Source: a virus (taxonomy: Duplodnaviria; Caudoviricetes). From it: 26,644 nucleotides of DNA. The notes beneath the pieces are model-generated. The model was not told the origin of the DNA, did not search any database, and worked only from the letters and a program-made list of their open reading frames with translations. Shown here in pieces: positions 7,332 through 15,358 of the stretch (positions within the stretch are counted from its first letter, which is position 1; every line of letters starts with the position of its first letter). A program made the position numbers and the translations under genes. The stretch spans positions 1-26,644 of IMG/VR virus record IMGVR_UViG_3300006193_000043, one strand, 5' to 3'.

Positions 7332-9194
7332 TTATATTTCGCATGATCCGCCAGTACAAGCCAGCGTTTGTGCGCTAGTTGTATTGTCATCTTCTTCAAT
7401 AAATTTAGTAAAATCTATATCACTTGGAGTAACTTTGCGCAACTTATTGTATTCTGCTGCTGTACAATCCTCATATGGAGCTTGTACGTAGCTATGATCA
7501 CTATATGGTAAGAATGATATGCCACTTATTTCATCAAAGTACTTCCACACCCACGCACCTACATCCATCCACTCTTCATCTTTAACTGATATCGTTACAG
7601 ATGGCTTGTGTTCGCACCAATGTCTTTGGTATACTAACCAGTTCTCTAGCTGCTCTAATGCTGTCATACTGTCTCTTAACAGTGCTCCTTTAGGTGCTTT
7701 CATAGGGAAACTAAACACTGCAGTTGAATCCGGTCTAAACTGTTCATCTTCTACACTAACACCTTGATCTTTAAGATAAGAATAGATTGGATCCTTTTTG
7801 TCCATTCTTATTCTTCTTATATAGTAATCATTATGTCTTGCGTGGATGCCACTAGCAGAATCGACAAGCTGACTAACTGTACCACTAGGCTTAACACAAG
7901 TAATAGAAGCGGAGCTAGGGATAGACAATAGTTTAGAATACTTTTCATTTGTTTTGCGAGCTTCATCTCTTAGCCTCTCTAACATTTTAGGATCTGGATT
8001 AGAAGTTATTTTAGCATCCATTATTCCTGTCATAGATACACCAAGCAACCTTTCTTCTTCTGTATTTTGTTTCCAATCTTGTGATAGAAACTTAAAATCT
8101 GTCAATGTTGCTTGGAAAGTTCCTAATATTGTTGCTAACTGTATCTTACTTCTTAATGTAGCCTCAGTGTCGTTTTCTCTTACAACAACTTCTGTTAAAT
8201 TACAAAACTGTTTATCACGTAAAATTATTTCAGAGCAAGGATTAGTACCATAAGATAAGTCTTTAGATCTCCTACCCCACTTAGCTGCTTGATTTTGTGC
8301 AGCAATTCTATTAAAAATACCACGCTCACCTGACTTAGACTTAACTAAAGATACCCATTCATCCATAAATGTCTCTACATCAGGCTTTTCGGTATAAGCA
8401 ACACTGTTATTAGCTAAACCTCTCCAAGCATAATCGTTATACCAAGCACCAATTTTAGCCTCTCTCATTCGCTTATCTGTAAGATTTGATAGAGATATTA
8501 AGGCAGATCTTCTAACTCCTCCAACAACAACAATCTCTCCTATCATACACATTACATCATGAACTTCAATAGAAGTTAATTTACGACCTTTTGCTAACGT
8601 AAAAGTTTCCGTAACAAATGTAAATAATCTTTTTAATGGCTCAGGTCCAGATGCTCTACCACCAAAAACTTTAAGCCTATTACCTGCTGGTCTAACTTGA
8701 GAATAATCTATAGTAGGTATATCACCTTCCCACAGACTAGATAATAGTTTCTTAAAAGCCTTAGCCCATCCTAACTTACTATCACCAACTACAATAACAT
8801 CATCTAACTTTGTTAGCGTATCAGGTATAATTGGTAATTGTGAGATCTCTTGACGCTCGCAACTAAACCCTACGCCAGTACCATTCATTAGTATATATAG
8901 GCATTCAGAAAAAGCCCTCTTGTTGTTAACAGCTAGGTAACTACAATTATAAGCCGCTATATTATCCCTGCTACAAGCTTCCCCAGCAGACATCATAAGT
9001 CTCATGGATGGCATAATCTCTAGATTCTCTATAGCTTTCTTTAGTTTTGGAGCCACGTTATGAAGCTCTGGTGCATTTTTCTCTATAAAGGTTACCAACC
9101 TATCAACAGTTTCAAGCCATGTTTCTCTTCTTTTTAATTCTGGTATGTACCTTGCATACCTACTATTTGCTATAACCTTTTGATATAAATCCAT
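7332..9194 (-). CDS. nrdJ: Class II (adenosylcobalamin-dependent) ribonucleotide reductase, monomeric RTPR type
   Basis: SRYARY...RRETW, YNCSY, GTGVGFS, GGVRRSALI, TNPCSEI (radical Cys), FCNLTEV, TCVKPSGTVS and C-terminal ACTGGSCEI; no beta subunit gene nearby. Confidence 0.93.
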   Translation of the reverse strand: MDLYQKVIANSRYARYIPELKRRETWLETVDRLVTFIEKNAPELHNVAPKLKKAIENLEIMPSMRLMMSAGEACSRDNIAAYNCSYLAVNNKRAFSECLYILMNGTGVGFSCERQEISQLPIIPDTLTKLDDVIVVGDSKLGWAKAFKKLLSSLWEGDIPTIDYSQVRPAGNRLKVFGGRASGPEPLKRLFTFVTETFTLAKGRKLTSIEVHDVMCMIGEIVVVGGVRRSALISLSNLTDKRMREAKIGAWYNDYAWRGLANNSVAYTEKPDVETFMDEWVSLVKSKSGERGIFNRIAAQNQAAKWGRRSKDLSYGTNPCSEIILRDKQFCNLTEVVVRENDTEATLRSKIQLATILGTFQATLTDFKFLSQDWKQNTEEERLLGVSMTGIMDAKITSNPDPKMLERLRDEARKTNEKYSKLLSIPSSASITCVKPSGTVSQLVDSASGIHARHNDYYIRRIRMDKKDPIYSYLKDQGVSVEDEQFRPDSTAVFSFPMKAPKGALLRDSMTALEQLENWLVYQRHWCEHKPSVTISVKDEEWMDVGAWVWKYFDEISGISFLPYSDHSYVQAPYEDCTAAEYNKLRKVTPSDIDFTKFIEEDDNTTSAQTLACTGGSCEI

Positions 9195-9207
9195 TTATTT
9201 TCCCCTA

Positions 9208-9534
9208 TTATGATAAGTCTATTATTTTATTCTGCCACCTACTGCCAACTTTAACCCAACCTTCTACTAATATAGTCCAATTAGCATCCCTTAAATGTGG
9301 TATAGCATCTGATTCAGTAATTTTTTTTACTCTAGCATTCATATTTCCAGTTGTTGTAACCTGTATTCCAACTGTGTTTCCTTTTGTATCTATTGCAAGT
9401 ATATCTATAATGCCGAACAGATCTTGCCTTACCCTAGCAAACGCATTCCAACGCTCAACTATTTGAATTAGCGGAAACTCTCCGGTTTCTCGCAATCTTT
9501 TTAGTGTTCTCTGTGTTGGGCTTGTCTTTGCCAT
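9208..9534 (-). CDS. PD-(D/E)XK-like nuclease, putative Holliday junction resolvase
   Basis: Likely start MAKTSPTQR at 9534 (AAGGA RBS); QDLFGIIDILAI....VGIQVT motif. Confidence 0.65.
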   Translation of the reverse strand: MAKTSPTQRTLKRLRETGEFPLIQIVERWNAFARVRQDLFGIIDILAIDTKGNTVGIQVTTTGNMNARVKKITESDAIPHLRDANWTILVEGWVKVGSRWQNKIIDLS

Positions 9535-9622
9535 CTTTATCCTTTTTGTTGTTAAAAATCCTATCGTAATTATCAACAAACTTTTTATTGTCCGTTGGTC
9601 TGCGACTACTTCCCTTACTCAT
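9455..9622 (-). CDS. Small basic hypothetical protein (55 aa)
   Basis: Not in ORF track. MSKGSSRRPTDNKKFVDNYDRIFNNKK...; AGGGG RBS; start overlaps the upstream gene end; C-terminus overlaps the nuclease gene in another frame. Confidence 0.55.
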   Translation of the reverse strand: MSKGSSRRPTDNKKFVDNYDRIFNNKKDKDGKDKPNTENTKKIARNRRVSANSNS

Positions 9623-9896
9623 TGCTTTCCCCTGTAAAAGTTCTTGTATCTAACCCAACAAAACCACAACTCTGCCCTTCTTTAATAGTATCAAAATCAA
9701 ATGGGTTAATATCTAAATGATTTGGTGGTAGCAATGTATATTCTTTTAGTAGGCAACTTGCTGCTTTGTGTTCCGAGCAGTTTTCTTTAAAGTATTGCAT
9801 AGCAATAGTACAATTAACAAAGTTACCTACATATTCTAAATCGTTATAATTACCACTTAAAGAAACAGTTAACATAAATAGTCCTTCAGCTAACAT
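9615..9896 (-). CDS. Hypothetical protein (Cys-containing)
   Basis: 93 aa ORF with GAGGTG RBS. Confidence 0.7.
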   Translation of the reverse strand: MLAEGLFMLTVSLSGNYNDLEYVGNFVNCTIAMQYFKENCSEHKAASCLLKEYTLLPPNHLDINPFDFDTIKEGQSCGFVGLDTRTFTGESNE

Positions 9897-9905
9897 AAAT
9901 CACCT

Positions 9906-10199
9906 CTATAAATTATTTAACATATATTCAAGTAATTCTAATTCTGTTCCATATTTATCTTGCCATGTTCCAGGTGCATGGTGAAATCCATCGTTGCCTT
10001 GATGATGTTCCCAGCAAAGCGGAATAACTTTATCGTGGCTATTTTTTTGCCCCATACCCATACCACTTCTAATATGGTGACAGTTAGCTGGTAATGGATC
10101 TTGTACATTATAAAATTTCCTACATATTACACAGCCGCTATTGCTTACTTTATTTAACCATGCTTTTTCTGCTTTTGTTTTGCTTTTATTTTTACCCAT
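9906..10199 (-). CDS. Ref/DUF968-like HNH Zn-binding nuclease
   Basis: GCVIC, HHIRSGMGMGQK, IPLCWEHH, GFH and YGTELELL motifs. Confidence 0.75.
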   Translation of the reverse strand: MGKNKSKTKAEKAWLNKVSNSGCVICRKFYNVQDPLPANCHHIRSGMGMGQKNSHDKVIPLCWEHHQGNDGFHHAPGTWQDKYGTELELLEYMLNNL

Positions 10200-10575
10200 C
10201 TTGAAAATCCTGAAAATCTATTTTTCTTTTAAAACCTAAGCTCTTAGCGAATGATTCTATATCACTCATATACTTACTAAACTCTTTAACAGTAAGGGTT
10301 GTTGTTGAAGGTATTACTGTTATTTCTTGGTCTAATATATTATTCTTATAAGAAAGGTATTTATAAGCCATAAGAGAGTGTACCTCTGATGTATTATATC
10401 CTAAATGATCGCTTATATTTCCTAATAAATCCCAATACCTTTTATTCTGGCTAACACTTCTTTTGTAATCCCATAACTCTATTGTAACTCTATAATCTTT
10501 TAATTTATCTAAATTACCAAGTTGCTTGATCACGTCTACGCTGTTTCCATTCTTTATTTTCAGGGTCTTTTTCAT
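10192..10575 (-). CDS. NinB/Orf-like recombination protein
   Basis: Likely start MKKTLK at 10575 (GGAG RBS); KRSVSQNKRYW..L..I and STTTLTVKEFSKYM..IE..A motifs typical of the NinB family. Confidence 0.75.
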   Translation of the reverse strand: MKKTLKIKNGNSVDVIKQLGNLDKLKDYRVTIELWDYKRSVSQNKRYWDLLGNISDHLGYNTSEVHSLMAYKYLSYKNNILDQEITVIPSTTTLTVKEFSKYMSDIESFAKSLGFKRKIDFQDFQDG

Positions 10576-10681
10576 CGTAGTTCTCCGTTTTAAAAACCTG
10601 TCCTTTATTAGAAGTTGCCTTGTATTCAACTCCGTCACCAAACAATTCAACTACACCTTTTACAAAATCATTTATTTTCAT
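10514..10681 (-). CDS. Small hypothetical protein (55 aa)
   Basis: Not in ORF track. MKINDFVKGVVELFGDGVEYKATSNKGQVFKTENYDEK...; ATGA overlap with helicase stop; GGAG RBS. Confidence 0.55.
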   Translation of the reverse strand: MKINDFVKGVVELFGDGVEYKATSNKGQVFKTENYDEKDPENKEWKQRRRDQATW

Positions 10682-11574
10682 GGTTTCTCCATATATCTAA
10701 AAGTACTACTATCAAACCAAAAGCCCCATTGAGTTTCAATACCGTTACCATGTCGTTGTTTATTTAAGTACACTGTGCAATCTGGTAGCGATGCCCACTC
10801 AGATGGATCTTCTCCAAACATAAGTGCTTTTTCTTTTCTTTTATTTCTATGAACTGATATTGAATTATCAGCCATGTTGGTAATATTTGCAGATCCAGCA
10901 ACATCAAATTTAGCTGGAGTAGTATCTTCATCAACTGTTTTACGACTATGTGCAACTAAGAATATATGTATCTTTAAATCTCTGGCAGCCACTGCAAGTT
11001 TATTAGCAAAGTTTTTCTGACCATTTAAATCATCTTCATTTATACCACACTTCATTAATGAATCAACTACAAATATTTCTACATTTAGTTTTTCCGCTGC
11101 ATAGTATATAACATCTAATACTTTAGCTGCTGATGTCTCGCCTTCTGCATCATATAAATATAATCTGTGTTCTATCTGACCTACAAAACTTTCTATATAA
11201 GCGGCTGTAGGATCACTGCTTCCTGTTTGCATACACATTCTACCAAGTGTTGCTTTAGGTAGCATTTCAAATGATGCTATTAATACTTTAGTTTGTTTAA
11301 GCAAATACAACATACAAAATGACAGCCATGCGGTCTTACCATGTCCACTATACCCAGACACAATAGTTAACTCTCCCATTCGAATTCTAAAATCACTTAA
11401 TGTTTTATCAAATGGCAGTGCTATACCACCTTTTACTTCATCAGAAAAGAAAGAAAGTATTTCGTCCTGATACTGAGATGGAGATTTAATCTTAAGATAT
11501 TCTCCACTTTTTCTTTGAGATTTGTGATTAGCTACATCTCTCTCTGTTACAACTACACTATCTGCATTTTTCAT
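10678..11574 (-). CDS. SF4 replicative helicase (DnaB/T7 gp4/Twinkle-like helicase domain)
   Basis: Walker A GYSGHGKT, SFEM, Walker B FVVDSL, HIFLVAHSRK, GSANITNMAD and KQRHG arginine finger. Confidence 0.9.
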   Translation of the reverse strand: MKNADSVVVTERDVANHKSQRKSGEYLKIKSPSQYQDEILSFFSDEVKGGIALPFDKTLSDFRIRMGELTIVSGYSGHGKTAWLSFCMLYLLKQTKVLIASFEMLPKATLGRMCMQTGSSDPTAAYIESFVGQIEHRLYLYDAEGETSAAKVLDVIYYAAEKLNVEIFVVDSLMKCGINEDDLNGQKNFANKLAVAARDLKIHIFLVAHSRKTVDEDTTPAKFDVAGSANITNMADNSISVHRNKRKEKALMFGEDPSEWASLPDCTVYLNKQRHGNGIETQWGFWFDSSTFRYMEKP

Positions 11575-11965
11575 AAGCTCCCCTTATATTGCCAACAGCT
11601 TTTAGCAATCTCATATGATCTTCCTCACTTAGTGAGTTACCTCTTTTTATTTGAGCAGAAGATAAACCTACTATTAAAACCTCATCTGCTAACATTTTTA
11701 GTACAGAATACGGGTTGAATGATTTAGTTATAAGCTTATTCATATCTTCATTCTTAGGCAATATGTCTTTCCATTGCAAACCAACAGAATCCAAGATAGA
11801 CTTAACGTCGCAACCAGCAAAACAATTCATTAGTATTTTTTCACCGTCTTGCTTTATACCTAACGAGTTACTTTTGTCGTTGTGAGAAGGACAGCGGCAG
11901 CTATATTGCCCGCCGCCACTTTCCCTAACATTATCAAACCTATTTACAATTTCTTCAATATACAT
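11558..11965 (-). CDS. Primase-type zinc-binding-domain protein (no catalytic domain)
   Basis: CPSHNDKSNSL...CFAGC zinc-binding motif; ATG at 11965 in TGATG overlap; only about 135 aa. Confidence 0.7.
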   Translation of the reverse strand: MYIEEIVNRFDNVRESGGGQYSCRCPSHNDKSNSLGIKQDGEKILMNCFAGCDVKSILDSVGLQWKDILPKNEDMNKLITKSFNPYSVLKMLADEVLIVGLSSAQIKRGNSLSEEDHMRLLKAVGNIRGAYEKCR

Positions 11966-12123
11966 CAATGAGTACCTTTCGGTATGTTATTGATTGTTTT
12001 CTTTTTCTTACATGCTCCATGGCGTGTTTCAAAATCAATACCACAGTACCATTTTTTATCAAACATCTTACCCTTGTTGCCACAACCAATACAGCTAGTG
12101 TCTTTTCTTAGATCAGCTATCAT
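11965..12123 (-). CDS. Small putative zinc-finger protein (52 aa)
   Basis: Not in ORF track. MIADLRKDTSCIGCGNKGKMFDKKWYCGIDFETRHGACKKK...; AGGAG RBS; TGATG coupling to the next gene. Confidence 0.7.
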   Translation of the reverse strand: MIADLRKDTSCIGCGNKGKMFDKKWYCGIDFETRHGACKKKKTINNIPKGTH

Positions 12124-12191
12124 ATATTTCTCCTAGTTTATTTTTACTACCTATAGATCCTAAACTGTTTTAAATAAAAAGTACAACTTAT

Positions 12192-12260
12192 TTAATGATA
12201 TGTAGCTAAATATAAAGCTAGTACTAACAAGAAACCAATAACATAATACACTGCGTTCAT
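12192..12260 (-). CDS. 22-aa single-pass membrane peptide
   Basis: Not in ORF track. MNAVYYVIGFLLVLALYLATYH; AGGAG RBS overlapping the upstream stop. Confidence 0.5.
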   Translation of the reverse strand: MNAVYYVIGFLLVLALYLATYH

Positions 12261-12269
12261 AATAATCTC

Positions 12270-12542
12270 CTAAAAAGGAACTTCTTCGGTATTGTTTACT
12301 ACGTTATCATTTGAATTTCCAACCTTGTCTTGAGGTGGACTATCAGTTTTACTTTCAAGTGGTTCATCTACGTTTCCTCTTAGATACTTTAATCCATTCT
12401 TAGATTCTGATATCCATGCGGCAAGACGCCATTCTTTCCCATCCACCTTTACCGTTCCAGTATAATCCGGGCGGTTAGCATTGTCACCTTTGTCTTGTTT
12501 AAATAAAACAAATCTATTGTTATCATCATATTGCTCAGCCAT
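12270..12542 (-). CDS. Single-stranded DNA-binding protein (DUF736-like)
   Basis: LFK......RPDYTG.....G.EWRLAAW motif and acidic C-terminus EEVPF. Confidence 0.75.
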   Translation of the reverse strand: MAEQYDDNNRFVLFKQDKGDNANRPDYTGTVKVDGKEWRLAAWISESKNGLKYLRGNVDEPLESKTDSPPQDKVGNSNDNVVNNTEEVPF

Positions 12543-13173
12543 GTTTAGCTCCTAATTTTAAAATTTCAACAAGTTCATCAACTTCTTTATCAAATATTAT
12601 TGCCTCATCTTCCATCTCCTTTATTAATGTTTCGTCTTTTGGTATATACAAGTATTTTAATTTTGTTTCTTCAGTAAACTCTGGATTGTACGAAGCCCAA
12701 TAAGCACCATCAGAATTTGTACATGCAATTTGCCACATGATCTGGTATAAGTATTTCTTAGGAACAGTATCATGCATTATATTCTTAGCGTGCGTCATCA
12801 TAGTAGGGCATTTTATTTCTAATACAGCATTTTCAGATTTAATAATTCCATCAGGTGAAGCACCAGAATTCTTTATTGATGGATGTGTGTATACACCACA
12901 CTCTGTAACACCTAACTTCGTTGCTGCTGCAAACGCATCTCTTGCTTCAGGCTCTCTTTCAACGCCGTTTCTCATTGCTAAATTCATTGGTATAAATACA
13001 GCTTGAGTTCCTGTTAACCTTTCAATAGCTAGTTGCATTCTATAATTCTTTTTGTATTCTGACTCACCGTACTTTGTTTTCTTTAAAACATTGTCAAAAC
13101 CTGAGGCCGTAATCTTACCTAACCTTGCTGCAAACCACTCAGGACTTCGTTGATCTAAATCGTTAGTTTCCAT
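12535..13173 (-). CDS. YqaJ / lambda-type exonuclease
   Basis: QRSPEWFAARLGKITAS, G...EP.AR, GASPDG, LEIKCP and YQIMWQ motifs. Confidence 0.92.
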   Translation of the reverse strand: METNDLDQRSPEWFAARLGKITASGFDNVLKKTKYGESEYKKNYRMQLAIERLTGTQAVFIPMNLAMRNGVEREPEARDAFAAATKLGVTECGVYTHPSIKNSGASPDGIIKSENAVLEIKCPTMMTHAKNIMHDTVPKKYLYQIMWQIACTNSDGAYWASYNPEFTEETKLKYLYIPKDETLIKEMEDEAIIFDKEVDELVEILKLGAKHG

Positions 13174-13182
13174 ATGCTTCTC

Positions 13183-13551
13183 CTATAGGTCAAAGTTATC
13201 TTTCGATTGTTGTTTCTTTGCATTCTCTACTTCTTCAAACGAAGCAATAGAAGTGTCTATGCCTATACCTAATATACCTAAAGCCCTTCCAACGGAGCTA
13301 GTCTCACAATTCTCTATATAACTAGTCTTGTTAATGAAACTAGATCCATCTTTTTCGTAAGCATGCCCTACAGCTAATACTCTTTCATCAACTATTACAC
13401 TAGCTTTAAAAACACACACTCCATCTATATTAGATACTATTTCTGTAATTATAGATCCGTTAGGATAAAGCCCTCTAAAGAACTTTATCCTCTCGTTAAC
13501 CATCACATAATCCTTACCTTTTATATCTATTTTTTTCATATCAGTTGACAT
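13183..13551 (-). CDS. Putative single-strand annealing protein (Rad52/Sak-like)
   Basis: KDYV.VNERI..F, GHAYE and SYIENCETSSVGRAL motifs; adjacent to the exonuclease and SSB genes. Confidence 0.65.
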   Translation of the reverse strand: MSTDMKKIDIKGKDYVMVNERIKFFRGLYPNGSIITEIVSNIDGVCVFKASVIVDERVLAVGHAYEKDGSSFINKTSYIENCETSSVGRALGILGIGIDTSIASFEEVENAKKQQSKDNFDL

Positions 13552-13588
13552 TTAACTATCTCCTATATAATTGTCCCTACAGTATTGA

Positions 13589-13614
13589 TAAAAAAACAAC
13601 TTAACTAGTTGATT
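13589..13614 (-). promoter_or_regulatory. 26-bp repeated intergenic element containing IHF consensus (copy 2)
   Basis: Minus strand AATCAACTAGTTA-AGT-TGTTTTTTTA upstream of the recombination operon. Confidence 0.5.
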
Positions 13615-13623
13615 ATTAATAAA

Positions 13624-14442
13624 TTAATATCCAGCTACATTCCAAAAATAAGCACCAGGACTTGCATGCTCCCTTACAAATCTCCATGCTTTTGCATCAT
13701 AATTAGGAGCCGATGGAAATGGTGGCAAGTGTATATCTTTTTCGTATTGAGCAAATGCCATTGGGTGAGAATGTATATTAGCCTTGCCTAATTCTCCTGG
13801 CTTCATGTTTCTAGCAACTGCAACTGCATGAAAATCAGCATCTGGCCAAGCTATTTGCAATGCTCTCTGTAAAACACCTGTGCTTACAACAGACCAAACT
13901 TCTTTTGGTTTTATATTCATGCTAATAGCTGTTTTAATCAAGCATGCAGTTATAGTAGGCTCATTTCTTAAACCAGGTTGAAAGTAATAAGAGTCTGTAT
14001 TTGCCTCACAATATTCCCTAGCATACTTTCTAAGTCCATTCATTCCGTAAATTTTTCTAAAATGTATCTCTGCTCCATAATCAATACAGCGTTGTATGTG
14101 TGGCGTTATCTCTTTGCTTTCTGGAACAAATAACACACATTTTTTATCGTGTTTATTGGCAAGCCATGATAATGCAATTCCTGCATATCCATATCTTGGC
14201 TGCACATATACACATTCGGACTGTTTCATATTGGCCATACGGTAGTCTAACGCGCGAGCTTTTGTTCCAACTTCTAATAAATCTTCTCGTATTACATTAA
14301 AACCTTCATGTTCTATAACTTTAGGTATAGGATAAGCACTAACCCAATCACTAACCAAGTCTAGATATGACTGAGCATCTGGAAAATCTGTATTTATATC
14401 TTTGTTTACGCCATCTAGTATGTGTTCTGTATATCCACCCAT
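13624..14442 (-). CDS. Fold-type II PLP-dependent enzyme, putative DNA-hypermodification decarboxylase/lyase
   Basis: VIREDLLEVGTKAR (candidate Schiff-base Lys), GYAGIAL, VWSVVSTGVL phosphate loop, YDAKAW and FWNVA; resembles PLP enzymes of phage base-hypermodification clusters. Confidence 0.8.
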   Translation of the reverse strand: MGGYTEHILDGVNKDINTDFPDAQSYLDLVSDWVSAYPIPKVIEHEGFNVIREDLLEVGTKARALDYRMANMKQSECVYVQPRYGYAGIALSWLANKHDKKCVLFVPESKEITPHIQRCIDYGAEIHFRKIYGMNGLRKYAREYCEANTDSYYFQPGLRNEPTITACLIKTAISMNIKPKEVWSVVSTGVLQRALQIAWPDADFHAVAVARNMKPGELGKANIHSHPMAFAQYEKDIHLPPFPSAPNYDAKAWRFVREHASPGAYFWNVAGY

Positions 14443-14443
14443 T

Positions 14444-15358
14444 TTAATCTCCTATAGTTAATTTAGATAATCTTTTTACTTGTTCTTTTGTTAAGTGATC
14501 ATATCCTTTTGGTATATAGTCAGACCAATATCTTACTGCATCACATAGTACATCTTCTAATGAGTATGGTTTATTCCCTGTAGTATTAACTAGATCCTGC
14601 ATACATTTTTCATACCAAGTTTTTTTTGGTATTTTTTCGTCGTTAATATACATAACATTTAATGCTTTAACTGCATTTGAACCATAATAACAATGGCTAT
14701 CTTGATCAACTAAATCAGGCCAATATTCTGCAATGTCCATAATAAAAGCTGTTAAGCAAAAGTGATACTGCTTTAATCCATGTCTTTTATGCCAGCAGCA
14801 GCAAAAGTCAACAGCTTCTTTAATTCCTTTTTTGTCTATACTTAAATACATCATTAGATCATTTATTAGTTTTGGTGCGTATTCACATAAATATAATTTT
14901 CCACCAGTTCTATAAAAAGTACCAGCAGGCTTAGGAAATGGAGGAACTTGGTTTCCTATAGAGGTAAACATAACCCCATCATAACGCTTTACATATTCCA
15001 CCATATCTTTTATTGTTTTTTTACTAGCAACTTTATGTGCAATACTATTTCTATACCCATGATCATCGGGGTGAAATGATGCACCAGAACCAGTCATCCT
15101 ATGAAACAAATATATATATAACCACTCTCTTAAATTGTGTTTTATTTTTGTATATCTTTTTTGAGCTGGAGAATCTTTTCCATATGTTAAGTCTTCTAAC
15201 ACATTTGAGAAACCTGCATATTTTCTGTATATGCAATTATAAATAGTAACATTGTCTTGTAGATTATCTCCACACTTTTCTTTTGTATTTTGCAGTATTT
15301 CTGCTCTATAATAGTATTTTAAAAAGTCGTCTACAAACTCTGTTTTTATCATAACCAT
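14444..15358 (-). CDS. aGPT-Pplase1-like helical (HhH-glycosylase-fold) DNA base-modifying protein
   Basis: YNCIYRKYAGFS, LFHR, FTSIG, F...AFIMDIAEY, YYGSNAVKAL and LEDVLCDAVRY parallel the family blocks FxNVxRxxD, LFR, FTGAY, FxxYQxxxD, GPGAxxGL and ExxLCExxKY. True start may be 15352. Confidence 0.65.
   Translation of the reverse strand: MVMIKTEFVDDFLKYYYRAEILQNTKEKCGDNLQDNVTIYNCIYRKYAGFSNVLEDLTYGKDSPAQKRYTKIKHNLREWLYIYLFHRMTGSGASFHPDDHGYRNSIAHKVASKKTIKDMVEYVKRYDGVMFTSIGNQVPPFPKPAGTFYRTGGKLYLCEYAPKLINDLMMYLSIDKKGIKEAVDFCCCWHKRHGLKQYHFCLTAFIMDIAEYWPDLVDQDSHCYYGSNAVKALNVMYINDEKIPKKTWYEKCMQDLVNTTGNKPYSLEDVLCDAVRYWSDYIPKGYDHLTKEQVKRLSKLTIGD

Noticed and set aside
13624-14442. Metabolic AMG such as cysteine synthase, threonine dehydratase or ACC deaminase
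   Set aside because: Same fold, but tight coupling to DNA-modification genes makes a role on modified DNA more plausible.
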